This document shows positions 30,815 to 40,727 of a stretch of DNA of 64,000 nt, in pieces. The notes below the pieces were generated by a model. That model was not told the DNA's origin and did not search any database. It saw only the letters and a list, made by a program, of their open reading frames with translations. Location: the NCBI GenBank assembly GCA_947475445.1, contig CANJLC010000011.1, positions 83 through 64,082 on the forward strand, given 5' to 3'. Each line of letters starts with the position of its first letter. The stretch's first letter is position 1. A program made the translations under genes and the position numbers. The stretch is from Alphaproteobacteria bacterium (GTDB lineage Bacteria > Pseudomonadota > Alphaproteobacteria > Micropepsales > Micropepsaceae).

Positions 30815-31857
30815 TGACCGGCGCTCCTGTTCCAAACAGTTTGCGCCTGGTCCTGATTTTCTTTTTCGGTTCCGTTTTCCTGGCGGCGCTTCACCTCGGG
30901 CATTTGCCTGACCCCAAGCCCATGGCGCTGGCGATGGGCGGCGCCTTCGCCTTGGCGCTGCTGCGGTTGCGCCATGTTGCGCTGGCGCTGGCCACCGTCA
31001 TCGCTCCGCTTCCTGGCATCCTGCTGTTTGGTCCCTCCGCCTATGCCCTCAGCCTGGCCGCTTCGCTGCTGATGGCGGCGAATTATGCCGACGCCAGGTT
31101 GCAGGACCAGAACGGCCTGGCCGCCCTGTTCAGGCCAGTACCGGCGCTGGTCATCACCGTGATATTCGCCTTTGGCTGGGCGCTGCATGCGCCGGTGCGG
31201 CAGGAAAGCCTGACCGCAGCATCGCTGTGCGTGATTTTCTTCCTGCCGGGCTTTGCCCTGGCGTCCGGCTTCAACGAAAATGCCATTGCCCGTGGCAACC
31301 GCTTCCGCGAGATCCAGCTCCGGTTTTTTTCCCTCGCCGCAGGCATGGCGCAGCCGCGCTGGTGCATCGCGCTGAGCGGTGCGGGATTGGTGCTGGCGGT
31401 GCTGGGATATTTCCAGATCCAGACGCGGCCCGGGCTGATCGACTGGCTCGCGCCCGCTTGCATTGCCGCCTTCGTCGTCGTCCTGACCCGCGACAGCCGC
31501 CAGGCGATCGCCGCACTGGCGGCATCGGCGCTGCTCTTGCTCTATACGGGCGCCGTCAACGGCGCGCTTCTCCTGTTCCTGTTCTTCGCGCTGGTGCTGG
31601 GCAGGGCCGCCAATGCCTGGCGGAGCAAAGGGGAGGACCAGCAGATGGCCTGGATGCGCGCGCTGGAGGATCATGGCGCCACCATCCTGTTCGCGGGATG
31701 CGCCGCCATGCTGGCCGCCGCGGCACGGGGCGGCATGATCGCGGCCTCGCATGCCGCGGCGGGGTTGATGGCGCTGGTGCTGTTTCCCGCCATCACGGGC
31801 ATGCTGCAATATATCTTCCCGCAGCGGCGGCGCGTGGAAGATCTCTACCGCGTCTAA
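30814..31857 (+). CDS. polytopic membrane protein, unknown function
   Basis: Start at MTGAPVPNSLRLVLIFFFGSVFLAAL. About 8-10 hydrophobic segments. The - strand ORF 30751..32022 is an antisense shadow. Confidence 0.55.
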   Translation: MTGAPVPNSLRLVLIFFFGSVFLAALHLGHLPDPKPMALAMGGAFALALLRLRHVALALATVIAPLPGILLFGPSAYALSLAASLLMAANYADARLQDQNGLAALFRPVPALVITVIFAFGWALHAPVRQESLTAASLCVIFFLPGFALASGFNENAIARGNRFREIQLRFFSLAAGMAQPRWCIALSGAGLVLAVLGYFQIQTRPGLIDWLAPACIAAFVVVLTRDSRQAIAALAASALLLLYTGAVNGALLLFLFFALVLGRAANAWRSKGEDQQMAWMRALEDHGATILFAGCAAMLAAAARGGMIAASHAAAGLMALVLFPAITGMLQYIFPQRRRVEDLYRV

Positions 31858-32573
31858 TGCCGGGTGAGCTTTTTCATCAAGCAATTCACGCCTGTGGCAA
31901 TCTCGCGCCAGTGTGACAGCTGGGCCCGCTTGAAGCGGTAGGAAAGATTGACGCCGGGCGCCACCGGATGGTCGATCGCCAGGCAGTTGGGGCTTGGCAG
32001 GTCCTGCGCCGGCCTTTCGCACAGCATCAGCAGCAGCCCGCTGTCTGTGGTCCCGGCAAAAAGGTCGCTCAGGTCATAACCGGTGCCGCTGCGAAAGGAA
32101 TACCGCGTCAAGTCGAATGAATCCTGGGTGCCGGCGGGATTGCTGATGTAGGGCATGTAAATGCGCGAAAGCCGGTCGGCGGCGCTGAGGCCGTTGGTGT
32201 CGCCGCGCACCAGCAGGTGCACCAGCGTCGAATCCGCCGCATTGCCCACGAACAGGGCGGCATCGGCGGCCGAAAAGCCGCGCATGTCAGGCAGCAGGGC
32301 CGAGAGCGTTATCACATCCACATCGCCGCCCCGCCGGACGCTGCGCGATTCCAGGTAATTGGCGGGAACTTCGAAGCGCACACCACGCACCGACAGGCTG
32401 ACGCTGCTGATATCGGCGGTGGGCGAGTTGTTCCGGAACAGGCCAGTGCCGGGCCGCAAATCGTAAAGCAGCACCAATCCGCACAGCACGAGCGTGACCA
32501 CCACCAACCCCAGCGGAATCAGCCAGCCGGAATGTTGGTGGATTTCCGCCTGTTCCTTGCCGGATTGGCTCAT
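31854..32573 (-). CDS. hypothetical single-pass membrane-anchored protein
   Basis: MSQSGKEQAEIHQHSGWLIPLGLVVVTLVLCGLVLLY, then a soluble domain. No motif recognised. Confidence 0.55.
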   Translation of the reverse strand: MSQSGKEQAEIHQHSGWLIPLGLVVVTLVLCGLVLLYDLRPGTGLFRNNSPTADISSVSLSVRGVRFEVPANYLESRSVRRGGDVDVITLSALLPDMRGFSAADAALFVGNAADSTLVHLLVRGDTNGLSAADRLSRIYMPYISNPAGTQDSFDLTRYSFRSGTGYDLSDLFAGTTDSGLLLMLCERPAQDLPSPNCLAIDHPVAPGVNLSYRFKRAQLSHWREIATGVNCLMKKLTRH

Positions 32574-32694
32574 GGGCACCTTCGCATTTAACCATTTTAG
32601 CAGTTGGCGGCAGTCGCGACAGGCCATTTGGCATGTTTGCGCCCAATTCTTGCGAGGCGTGGTCCTGAAGCCTCATTCAGGATCAATCTGGCAC

Positions 32695-32862
32695 ATGCGT
32701 ATTTTCATTAATGCCACTCTGGCTTTCGCCTTTGTCGGTTTCGTGGCCGGCCTGGCGCCCCTGTCGGCGCACCAGCTTGCCCGCCTGCAAGGCATGAAGT
32801 CGGAACTCGCCGCTGCCCAGGCCGAACACCCGGTCCGCTTGCGCTCCTCCATCCTGCGCTGA
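32695..32862 (+). CDS. possible small secreted/membrane peptide
   Basis: MRIFINATLAFAFVGFVAGLAPLSA..., 55 aa. Weak support. Confidence 0.3.
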   Translation: MRIFINATLAFAFVGFVAGLAPLSAHQLARLQGMKSELAAAQAEHPVRLRSSILR

Positions 32863-32885
32863 TCGCGCGAACCGGGGGGATTGCC

Positions 32886-33176
32886 GTGGCACAGGTCATG
32901 ACATTGCTGTTTGCGCTGGCGGGCGGGCTGACCCTGTCCGGGATCGCCGCCAACCTGTATCGCATCCTGGCGCGCAAGCCCGCCAGCAGGCCCGAGACCA
33001 TGGTCTATTACGCGGTCATGGCGGTGGCCGGTCCCAGCGTGCTGTTCAACAACGCCACCAAGTCATTCCGCACCAGGGCCTGCTCGACCACGGCCTATGT
33101 CTTTGCCGTGGCCGTGACCGGCTACTGGTCCTTCGCCCTTGGCCTTGCCATCCTGGCCGCTTTCGAAAAGCTATAA
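32886..33176 (+). CDS. small membrane protein
   Basis: 96 aa with three hydrophobic segments. GTG start. Confidence 0.45.
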   Translation: MAQVMTLLFALAGGLTLSGIAANLYRILARKPASRPETMVYYAVMAVAGPSVLFNNATKSFRTRACSTTAYVFAVAVTGYWSFALGLAILAAFEKL

Positions 33177-33920
33177 GACCGTCAGCATGCTGGCGACCAG
33201 CGGGTGGCGCACAATGTCGCCTTCGCTTAACCGGACCACCGGAACGTCCGCCAGCTTCTCCAGCCGTTGCGCAATGTCGTGCAGGCCCGATATGCCGGGC
33301 AGCAGGTCGGTCTGGTCCGGATCTCCCGTCAGCACCATCGTGGACTGCCAGCCCAGCCGCGTCAGAAGCATCTTGATCTGGGTGTAGGTGCAGTTCTGCG
33401 CTTCGTCGATCACCACAAAACATTCGCTCAAGGTCCGGCCCCGCATATAGGCGACAGGCGCGATTTCGATGATGCCGTCCGCCAGCATGGCTTTCAGCCG
33501 CTTGGTGCCAAGCCTTTCGGTGAGTGCGTCGTAAAGCGGCCGCAGGTAGGGCGCCAGCTTCTCGTTCAGGTCACCGGGCAGGAATCCCAGGGACTCGCCG
33601 GCTTCCACGGCCGGACGCGACAGAACGATGCGCCCAACCTTGCCGGTTTCCAGCGCTTCCACCGCCTTGGCGATCGCCAGGTATGTCTTGCCCGTGCCGG
33701 CAGGCCCCAGGGCCAGCACCACGCTTTTTTCGTCAATGGCATCCATCAATTGCTGCTGTGTCACGCTCATGGCGCGGACATTTTTTACATATTTTCGATC
33801 ACGCGCTTCACGGTCGGCTTCGTGTGGGGACCAGTTCCCGCGGGGAAACAGGGGGTGCACATTCTGTGCGGAGGAAAAGGAATTATCACGGGACTTTGAA
33901 CGCGTGGAACGCTTGGCCAT
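33171..33920 (-). CDS. PhoH-family ATPase
   Basis: Walker A LGPAGTGKTYLA...SRPAVEAGESLGFLPGDLNEKLAPYLRPLYDAL...DEAQN. Confidence 0.85.
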   Translation of the reverse strand: MAKRSTRSKSRDNSFSSAQNVHPLFPRGNWSPHEADREARDRKYVKNVRAMSVTQQQLMDAIDEKSVVLALGPAGTGKTYLAIAKAVEALETGKVGRIVLSRPAVEAGESLGFLPGDLNEKLAPYLRPLYDALTERLGTKRLKAMLADGIIEIAPVAYMRGRTLSECFVVIDEAQNCTYTQIKMLLTRLGWQSTMVLTGDPDQTDLLPGISGLHDIAQRLEKLADVPVVRLSEGDIVRHPLVASMLTVL

Positions 33921-34135
33921 GGATACTCCCAGGTCGGTGTGAAACACTGTTGATGTCAGATAGGCAAACGTGTGAGTTCGGAAAGTGGCCCAAAAGCCCC
34001 TTGGGTTTTGCAGGATACACAGTGCTTTGACGCACTCTGATCGGCCCCCTTAGAATCACAACGCTTGCTTTCAGCCTATCGGTTTTTAGGATCAGTTGGG
34101 GATAATTGTGCCCCGCAACATAAAGGTTTTGCGAA

Positions 34136-34666
34136 ATGCCGGTTTATTCCCTGGACAGCGTCACGCCGCAATTGCCGCCCAAGGGCGAGTACTGGATCGC
34201 GCCCGATGCTGTGCTTATCGGCAAGGTTCGGTTGAAGAGGAATGCCAACGTCTGGTGGGGCGCCGTGATCCGCGGCGACAATGACTGGATCACCATTGGC
34301 GAGAACTCCAACATCCAGGACCACAGCATCATCCATGCCGATCCCGGCCAGCCGGTGGAGATCGGTGATGACGTCACGGTAGGCCATCGCGCCATCATTC
34401 ATTCGGCGCTGGTCGGCGATGGCTCGCTGGTGGGAATGGGCGCCATTTTGCTCAACCGGGCGCGCATTGGCCGCGCATCGCTGGTGGGCGCTGGCTCGCT
34501 GGTCACCGAAGGCAAGAGCTTTGCGGATGGCATGATGATCCTGGGCCAGCCGGCGCGGGCGCACAAGGCGCTCACTCCTGAGCAGCAAGCCGGGCTGATG
34601 CAATCGGCAGCAATCTATGTCGCCAATTTCAAGCGCTATGCATCGGGACTTCAGGAAAAAGGCTAG
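34136..34666 (+). CDS. gamma-class carbonic anhydrase-like hexapeptide-repeat protein
   Basis: NVWWGAVIRGDNDWITIGENSNIQDHSIIH...VGHRAIIHS. Confidence 0.85.
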   Translation: MPVYSLDSVTPQLPPKGEYWIAPDAVLIGKVRLKRNANVWWGAVIRGDNDWITIGENSNIQDHSIIHADPGQPVEIGDDVTVGHRAIIHSALVGDGSLVGMGAILLNRARIGRASLVGAGSLVTEGKSFADGMMILGQPARAHKALTPEQQAGLMQSAAIYVANFKRYASGLQEKG

Positions 34667-35235
34667 GCCGTCTTGCGGGCGCCTTCGGGCGTGCGCGACC
34701 ACATGCGGCGCACCCGCGTATCGGCCTCGGGGCCGAAATTGAACCAGGCCGCGCGGTCATGGATGGTGTCGACCACGAAGATGGTGTCCAGCTTGCCCAG
34801 CTTCTGCATCAGGGCATGGCGGATGGTGTTGAGCGAGGCCTCGCTGGTCAGCACCCAGGACTGGGGCATGAAGCGGTAGGCCGGTCCCAGATTGAAGATT
34901 TCCTCTTCCAGCGCGCTGATGGAGCCGGATTTCATGTCCGAGATGATCACGAAGCGCGAACGCTCGGCGATGCCCGATTCCGGTTCACGGCCAAAGCGGT
35001 GCGGCTCTGCCGGCGGCTGGGGCGCGGCCTGCGGGGCCGGTTCGGCAATGGCGGCGGAGGGAAAGAGCTTGGCGAGCTCCGGATCCTCGCCCGCGGGATG
35101 GAATTGTTCTTCACCGGCGCGTGCCACCAGCGAATGGTGGGCCAGGCGTCCTTCGGCGTGGAAGGCGCCCATCTGCTCGGCGGTATAGGGCCCATAGACC
35201 CTGCTGCCGACGCTGATCGTCCAAGTCTCCTACAT
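34663..35235 (-). CDS. GYF_2-domain protein whose only upstream ATG is followed directly by TAG
   Basis: The - strand reads ATG TAG GAG ACT TGG..., i.e. M*ETWTISVGSRVYGPYTAEQMGAFHAEGRLAHHSLVARAGEEQFHPAGEDPEL (GYF_2 pattern W..G...GP...G......V...G...PEL). The track ORF starts only at the internal ATG 35172. Confidence 0.5.
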
Positions 35236-35305
35236 TGCTGTTCACGGTTCGAATTGCGCCCAAAGTCTACGGGCCATTGGTTACACAATTCTTTCCGCAA
35301 TAGGC

Positions 35306-35333
35306 AAAAACCCCGGCATTTCTGCCGGGGTTT
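35306..35333 (-). terminator. intrinsic terminator
   Basis: On the - strand, AAACCCCGGCA-GAAA-TGCCGGGGTTTTT, directly after the stop at 35371. Confidence 0.6.
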
Positions 35334-35370
35334 GAGCAAATACGGGAAATATTACAGGGACTTGGCAGGC

Positions 35371-35838
35371 TTACATGAACTGCCAGTCGCCACCGCGGCT
35401 GCGGCAGGCCGTACCGTGACGGTCGAATTCCCGGCCATTGCGAAAGGTCACCTGGGTAAAGTCGCGGCAAAGCCGGCCGTTGCGGCGATATTCGCGGTCG
35501 GTCACGATATATCCGCGGTTGCGGCCATTGCGCCATTCACTGCGCTGGCCAATCCGCCCGTTGAAGCTCTGGTCATAGGAACGCGCCGCATAGGGGCGAT
35601 CGTTGCAGTCCATGTCGCGGCTGATGGCATTGCCGGCCAGGCCGCCGAGGAGGGCGCCACCGATGATGCCAAGGCCATTGCCGCGGCTGGCAGCGCCGCC
35701 GATGGCCGCTCCGCCCACTGCGCCGAGCACGGTGCCCGTGGTATGGTCGCGGCCACTGCAATCATCCGCGAACGCGCTGACAGTGCCAAAGCCCAGCATC
35801 AGCGTGATCGCTGCTGCGGATATCGCAATTTTTTTCAT
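35371..35838 (-). CDS. glycine-zipper / 17-kDa surface-antigen-family outer-membrane protein
   Basis: MKKIAISAAAITLMLGFGTVSAFA signal peptide, glycine zipper GAVGGAAIGGAASRGNGLGIIGGALLGGLAGNAISR, and a Cys-containing C-terminal domain. Confidence 0.75.
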   Translation of the reverse strand: MKKIAISAAAITLMLGFGTVSAFADDCSGRDHTTGTVLGAVGGAAIGGAASRGNGLGIIGGALLGGLAGNAISRDMDCNDRPYAARSYDQSFNGRIGQRSEWRNGRNRGYIVTDREYRRNGRLCRDFTQVTFRNGREFDRHGTACRSRGGDWQFM

Positions 35839-35939
35839 GGTGATCTCCAATGGTTGGCAAAAATCGTGCTCCTGATTCAAAGGAATCGGATCGAGCTGCC
35901 GTTGCTAACGGGGCAGGGTGCTAAACGTTCCGGTAATCG

Positions 35940-35962
35940 CCCCGGTGCCGGGGGCACCGGGG
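35940..35962 (-). terminator. GC hairpin after the paralogue stop (no T tract)
   Basis: CCCCGGTGCC-GGG-GGCACCGGGG (10-bp stem), 12 nt downstream of the stop at 35974. Confidence 0.3.
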
Positions 35963-35973
35963 TATTATAAGCG

Positions 35974-36615
35974 TCAATCAAACCGCCAGTGACCGCCGGT
36001 CTCGCGGCAGGCGGTGCCGGTGCGCGTTTCGCTGCGGCCACCGCGATAGGAGGTCTCGGTAAAGTCGCGGCAGATCACGCCACCCCGGCGGAATTCACGC
36101 GTCGGCGTGAAGTAGCCGTAGTTGCTGCGATTGCGCCATTCATAGCGGCGGTTCAGGTCGCCATTGAGGCCATCGGCATAGACCCGGAAGGCCACGGGCT
36201 GGTCCTCGCAATCGATGTCGCGGCTGATGGTGTTGCCCAGCAATCCGCCCAGGATGGCGCCACCGACAACGGCGCCGCCATTGCCGCGCGACGCCGCGCT
36301 GCCGATCAGGCCGCCGGCGATTGCGCCGAAGATGGTGCCGGCCGCCTGGTTGCCGCTGCGGCAATTCTGTTCATAGCGGCCTTGCTGGTAGTAATTGTCG
36401 GGCTGGGGCGGGGGACCATAGTCCCGGTCGCGATAGCGTGACTCGCGAATACGGCGATAGGTACCGCTGCGGTCATAATAGCCATTGTGGTCGTCCTGAC
36501 TGTAATACCCGGCCGGATCATTGCCCGGCGGCACCCAGCCTGGCTGCGCCGAGACACTGGTCACGCCAATGGCGAGCAGCGCGACGGCACTCATCAGGAT
36601 ATTCTTGCAACGCAT
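35974..36615 (-). CDS. glycine-zipper / 17-kDa surface-antigen-family protein (tandem paralogue)
   Basis: MRCKNILMSAVALLAIGVTSVSA signal peptide, an extra Tyr/Asp/Arg-rich insert, then the same glycine zipper and C-terminal domain as 35371..35838. Confidence 0.75.
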   Translation of the reverse strand: MRCKNILMSAVALLAIGVTSVSAQPGWVPPGNDPAGYYSQDDHNGYYDRSGTYRRIRESRYRDRDYGPPPQPDNYYQQGRYEQNCRSGNQAAGTIFGAIAGGLIGSAASRGNGGAVVGGAILGGLLGNTISRDIDCEDQPVAFRVYADGLNGDLNRRYEWRNRSNYGYFTPTREFRRGGVICRDFTETSYRGGRSETRTGTACRETGGHWRFD

Positions 36616-36768
36616 GTTCAATCTCCCTGTCTGGACCATTCGGGCTTATGTCCGGGAAGGCTGGCGGTTCGGAGCTGAACCCTGGCTGAACGGAATAAGG
36701 CCGTAATGCGGCTGCGCTCCACGCGCGGTTGCCAATGGTAACTGGAGAGCGTTGTAAATGTTCCGGCC

Positions 36769-37212
36769 TCAGTTGATCGAATAGCTGACCACAGACCAGG
36801 CGCCTTTCTCGGACACCAGCGTAACGCTTTCCACGGCTGCGGCCCTTTTGGCGAAGCTCGAATCAAATCGCACGATCGCGGTCTGTCCGTCGCTCATGCC
36901 CGAGCGCAGCCGGGTCATGTTGATGTCCTTGATGTTGCGTGACGCCATCGCGCCCAACGAGCCCCGGTTGGTCATCATCCGGCCTTCCCAGGGACCTTCC
37001 GGCGTCTTTGCCCGGGTTGCGGCGCTCATCTGGGTATAGGCGTCGCCGTAATTCTTGTCGTCCACCAGCGTCAGCCATTGCTTGGCGCGATCATCGGGCG
37101 ACGGCGACATGGATGATGACTTGCCCGAAGGCGTCGCTTCCGTGGACAGCTGCGCCAGGGCAGGCGGCGCAATCAACAAGGCGGCAAGGAAAAGCCATTT
37201 CATTGCTGTCAT
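36769..37212 (-). CDS. DUF4019-like secreted protein
   Basis: MKWLFLAALLIAPPALAQ signal peptide...WLTLVDDKNYGDAYTQMS. The start could be 37212 or 37203. Confidence 0.6.
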   Translation of the reverse strand: MTAMKWLFLAALLIAPPALAQLSTEATPSGKSSSMSPSPDDRAKQWLTLVDDKNYGDAYTQMSAATRAKTPEGPWEGRMMTNRGSLGAMASRNIKDINMTRLRSGMSDGQTAIVRFDSSFAKRAAAVESVTLVSEKGAWSVVSYSIN

Positions 37213-37265
37213 CCTGATGCGGTTTCCCGTCAGGACAACGCAGTCAGGGAACAAATGTTCCGTGC

Positions 37266-39053
37266 CTAATATGTCCGCGCCTTGGGCGGGATATATTCCA
37301 CGTCATTGGTCAGGGTGTAGGTGTGGACAGGGCGGTAATCGATCCGCACCTTGCCCGTATTCACATCCAGCCACGCCAATGTGTGCTTCATCCAGCCCGC
37401 GTCGTCGCGCTCGGGATAATCCTCGCGGGCATGGGCGCCGCGGCTTTCCAGCCGGTTGACCGCGCCGGCCACCGTGACAACGGCCTGCTGGATCAGATTG
37501 TCAAACTCCAGCGCTTCAACCAGGTCGGTGTTCCAGATCATGGAACGGTCCTTGACCGAAATATCGCTGCGCTGGGCGTAGATGTCCTCGACGCGCTTGA
37601 GGCCCTGGCTGAGCGTATCGCCGGTGCGGAACACGGCGGCATCTTCCTGCATGGCCTTCTGCATCGCAGCGCGCAGCACGGCAGTCGGCGTGTTGCCCTT
37701 GGCGCTCCGGAGCATGTCAAAGCGGGCCAGGGCTTCATCGCCGGCACCGCGGGGCAAGTCCTGGTGATCGCCGATGCCCTGCAATTCCTTCGCCGCCTGC
37801 ATGCCGGCGGCCTTGCCGAACACGACCAGGTCGATCAGCGAATTGGATCCAAGACGGTTTGCGCCATGCACCGAGACGCAGGCCGCTTCGCCCACCGCCA
37901 TCAGGCCATGCACCACGGTATCGGGATTGCCGCCGGTCAGCGTCAGCGCGTCGCCGGTATAGGCGCAGGGAATGCCGCCCATGTTGTAATGCACCGTCGG
38001 CAGAACCGGGATTGGCTCCTTGTTCACGTCCACGCCGGCGAAGATGCGCGCATTCTCGGTAATGCCGGGCAGGCGCTCGGCAATGATCTTGGGATCAAGA
38101 TGCGAGAGGTGCAGGAAGATGTGGTCCTTGTTGGGGCCCACGCCGCGGCCTTCGCGGATCTCGATGGTCATGGCGCGCGAGACAACGTCGCGCGAGGCCA
38201 GATCCTTGGCGTTGGGCGCATAGCGCTCCATGAAGCGCTCGCCTTCGGAATTGGTGAGATAACCGCCTTCGCCGCGCACGCCTTCGGTGATGAGCACGCC
38301 GGCGCCGAAAATGCCGGTGGGGTGGAACTGGACGAATTCCATGTCCTGCAGCGGCAGGCCCGCGCGCAGAACCATGGCGTTGCCGTCGCCGGTCTGGGTA
38401 TGGGCACCCGTGCACGACGCATAGGTGCGGCCATAACCGCCCGTGGCCAGGATCACGCGATGGGCGCGGAACCGGTGAATGGTGCCGTCGTCGAGATTCC
38501 ACGCCATCACGCCGCGCACTGCGCCGTCATCCATGATCAGGTCGAGGGCGAAATACTCGATGAAGAAGTTGACTTCGTGCTTCACGCACTGCCCGTAAAG
38601 GGTGTGCAGCATGGCATGGCCGGTGCGGTCGGCGGCGGCGCAGGTGCGCTGGGCGATGCCCTTGCCGTAATTGCTGGTCATGCCGCCAAAAGCGCGCTGG
38701 TAGATCTTGCCGTCTTCCGTCCGGCTGAAGGGCATGCCGAAATGCTCAAGCTCGTAGACGGCGGCGGGCGCATGGCGGCAGAGATATTCGATGGAATCCT
38801 GGTCGCCCAGCCAGTCCGATCCCTTGACGGTGTCGTACATGTGCCAGCGCCAGTCGTCCTCGCCCATGTTGCCCAGGCTGGCGGCAACGCCGCCCTGCGC
38901 CGCCACGGTGTGGCTGCGGGTGGGAAACACCTTGGTGATGCAGGCGGTCTTGAGGCCCTGCTGGGCGCATTCCAGCGTGGCGCGCAACCCCGCACCGCCG
39001 GCACCGACAACGACAACATCAAAGGTGTGATCAACGATCTGATAAGCGGGCAT
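37266..39053 (-). CDS. sdhA: succinate dehydrogenase flavoprotein subunit
   Basis: [15 protein letters not shown]...[11 protein letters not shown] (His for covalent FAD)...HYNMGGI. Confidence 0.95.
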   Translation of the reverse strand: MPAYQIVDHTFDVVVVGAGGAGLRATLECAQQGLKTACITKVFPTRSHTVAAQGGVAASLGNMGEDDWRWHMYDTVKGSDWLGDQDSIEYLCRHAPAAVYELEHFGMPFSRTEDGKIYQRAFGGMTSNYGKGIAQRTCAAADRTGHAMLHTLYGQCVKHEVNFFIEYFALDLIMDDGAVRGVMAWNLDDGTIHRFRAHRVILATGGYGRTYASCTGAHTQTGDGNAMVLRAGLPLQDMEFVQFHPTGIFGAGVLITEGVRGEGGYLTNSEGERFMERYAPNAKDLASRDVVSRAMTIEIREGRGVGPNKDHIFLHLSHLDPKIIAERLPGITENARIFAGVDVNKEPIPVLPTVHYNMGGIPCAYTGDALTLTGGNPDTVVHGLMAVGEAACVSVHGANRLGSNSLIDLVVFGKAAGMQAAKELQGIGDHQDLPRGAGDEALARFDMLRSAKGNTPTAVLRAAMQKAMQEDAAVFRTGDTLSQGLKRVEDIYAQRSDISVKDRSMIWNTDLVEALEFDNLIQQAVVTVAGAVNRLESRGAHAREDYPERDDAGWMKHTLAWLDVNTGKVRIDYRPVHTYTLTNDVEYIPPKARTY

Positions 39054-39057
39054 TCAT

Positions 39058-39438
39058 CTATCCCAGAGCAATTCGGCCGAGCGCGAAAAGGCATGTCACG
39101 CTTGGGGCGATTACGAAAAAACGCACAAGCAGCAGCAGGAAAATCTTCATGCCCGAGGTATGGACATAATCGTCAATCACCACCTGCAGGCCCAGCCCCA
39201 TGTGGTACAGCGTCGTCACAACAAAGGCGGCCATCAACAGCGCATTCCAGGGGTGCGACAGGAATTGTAGGTGTGTGACTTCGCGGGTGCCCGCCAAGCC
39301 CAGCATGGCAAAGGCGAACCACAGCGACAGCGGGATCAGGGCGGCGGAGGAAACGCGCTCGCGCCAGAAATGGCCGGTGCCCGAATGCGAAGCGCCAAGG
39401 CCGCGAACCTTGTGCAGCGGTGTCTTCTGGCTTTTCAT
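39058..39438 (-). CDS. sdhD: succinate dehydrogenase membrane anchor subunit
   Basis: MKSQKTPLHKVRGLGASHSGTGHFW... with 3 TM segments. ATGA overlap with sdhC. Confidence 0.8.
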   Translation of the reverse strand: MKSQKTPLHKVRGLGASHSGTGHFWRERVSSAALIPLSLWFAFAMLGLAGTREVTHLQFLSHPWNALLMAAFVVTTLYHMGLGLQVVIDDYVHTSGMKIFLLLLVRFFVIAPSVTCLFALGRIALG

Positions 39439-39857
39439 TTCAGGTAGCCCCCATGCCCGGTCCACACCAGGGCAAAGGCGCCAATCGCAAGGACGAAGGC
39501 GAGCACAAAAACCAGGGTACCGGTTTTCGTCGCGAAATGCTTTTCAAAGCCATAGCCCAGGTCCCAAGCCAGGTGGCGAATGCCGTTGCAGAAGTGAAAG
39601 AAGAAGGAAAACGTGAATCCGAACAGTACCAGCAATCCCAGCGGCATCGCGGCATAGACCATCAGGCCGTTAAAACTGTCCGGTCCATTGGAAATGCAAA
39701 CCAGCCACCACACCAGCACCATCGCGCCCACGGCCAGCGCCATGCCGGTCGCCCGGTGCATGATCGAGGCCAGCATCGTGATCTGCCAGCGCCAGATTGT
39801 CAGGTGGGGGGAGAGGGGACGTTCGCGCCCGGCAATTTGCGGATTATCCGCCATCAA
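39435..39857 (-). CDS. sdhC: succinate dehydrogenase cytochrome b556 subunit
   Basis: RPLSPHLTIWRWQITMLASIMHRATG, the canonical SdhC N-terminus. Confidence 0.85.
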   Translation of the reverse strand: MMADNPQIAGRERPLSPHLTIWRWQITMLASIMHRATGMALAVGAMVLVWWLVCISNGPDSFNGLMVYAAMPLGLLVLFGFTFSFFFHFCNGIRHLAWDLGYGFEKHFATKTGTLVFVLAFVLAIGAFALVWTGHGGYLK

Positions 39858-40065
39858 ACCCTCGAAAAAATGACTGAATTCAAACCCGGCCGGAGTTTAG
39901 GGTTTGGGCCCCCTTAGTCAACCAAGGGATTGGTGCGATTTGCCGCGTTTTTGGTGCATCAGCCTTGCGCCCAAGCCGTGCCCGGCATGTCCATGTGATT
40001 CGCGAAGCGCCATTGCAGCCCGCCCCGGAATCCGGCACTTAACCCTTGCAAAGGAAAGCGTCCGC

Positions 40066-40725
40066 ATGGCCAGTGCCGTCAAAATTGCCCCCTCCATCCT
40101 TTCGGCCGACTTTGCCCGGCTGGGCGCGGAAATCCAGGCCATCGAGGCTGCGGGCGCCGACCTGATCCATGTGGATGTGATGGACGGCCATTTCGTGCCC
40201 AACATCACCATCGGTCCGGCGGTGATCAAGGCGCTGCGGCCGCACGGCAAAAAGCCCTTCGATGTCCACCTGATGATTTCTCCGGTGGACCCCTATCTGG
40301 AAGCCTTCGCAGATGCCGGCGCCGATACACTGACGGTGCATCCAGAAGCCGGCCCCCATGTCCATCGCAGCCTGCAGCAGATTCGCAAGCTGGGGAAAAA
40401 GGCCGGCGTGGTGCTCAATCCCGGCACGCCGATTGATGAGATAGACAATTTGATGGATCTGGTGGACCTCATCCTGATCATGACCGTCAATCCTGGCTTT
40501 GGCGGCCAGAGCTTCATCGAAAGCCAGCTTCCGAAAATCGAAGCTGCCCGCAAGCGCATTGACGCCACCGGACGCGACATCGCGCTGGAAGTGGATGGCG
40601 GCATCACGCCGCAAACCGCAAAGCGCGCCATCGCGGCAGGCGCTACCGTGCTGGTGGCCGGCACGGCGGTATTCCAGGGCGGGCCTTCGCAATACGCCGC
40701 CAATATCGCAGCCCTTCGAGGCTGA
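40066..40725 (+). CDS. rpe: ribulose-phosphate 3-epimerase
   Basis: IAPSILSADFARLGAEI...HVDVMDGHFVPNITIGP...MTVNPGFGGQ. Confidence 0.9.
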   Translation: MASAVKIAPSILSADFARLGAEIQAIEAAGADLIHVDVMDGHFVPNITIGPAVIKALRPHGKKPFDVHLMISPVDPYLEAFADAGADTLTVHPEAGPHVHRSLQQIRKLGKKAGVVLNPGTPIDEIDNLMDLVDLILIMTVNPGFGGQSFIESQLPKIEAARKRIDATGRDIALEVDGGITPQTAKRAIAAGATVLVAGTAVFQGGPSQYAANIAALRG

Positions 40726-40727
40726 CG

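Noticed and set aside
31854-31857. Convergent genes with overlapping stop codons (CTAA).
   Set aside because: This is a trivial consequence of tight packing with no functional implication by itself.
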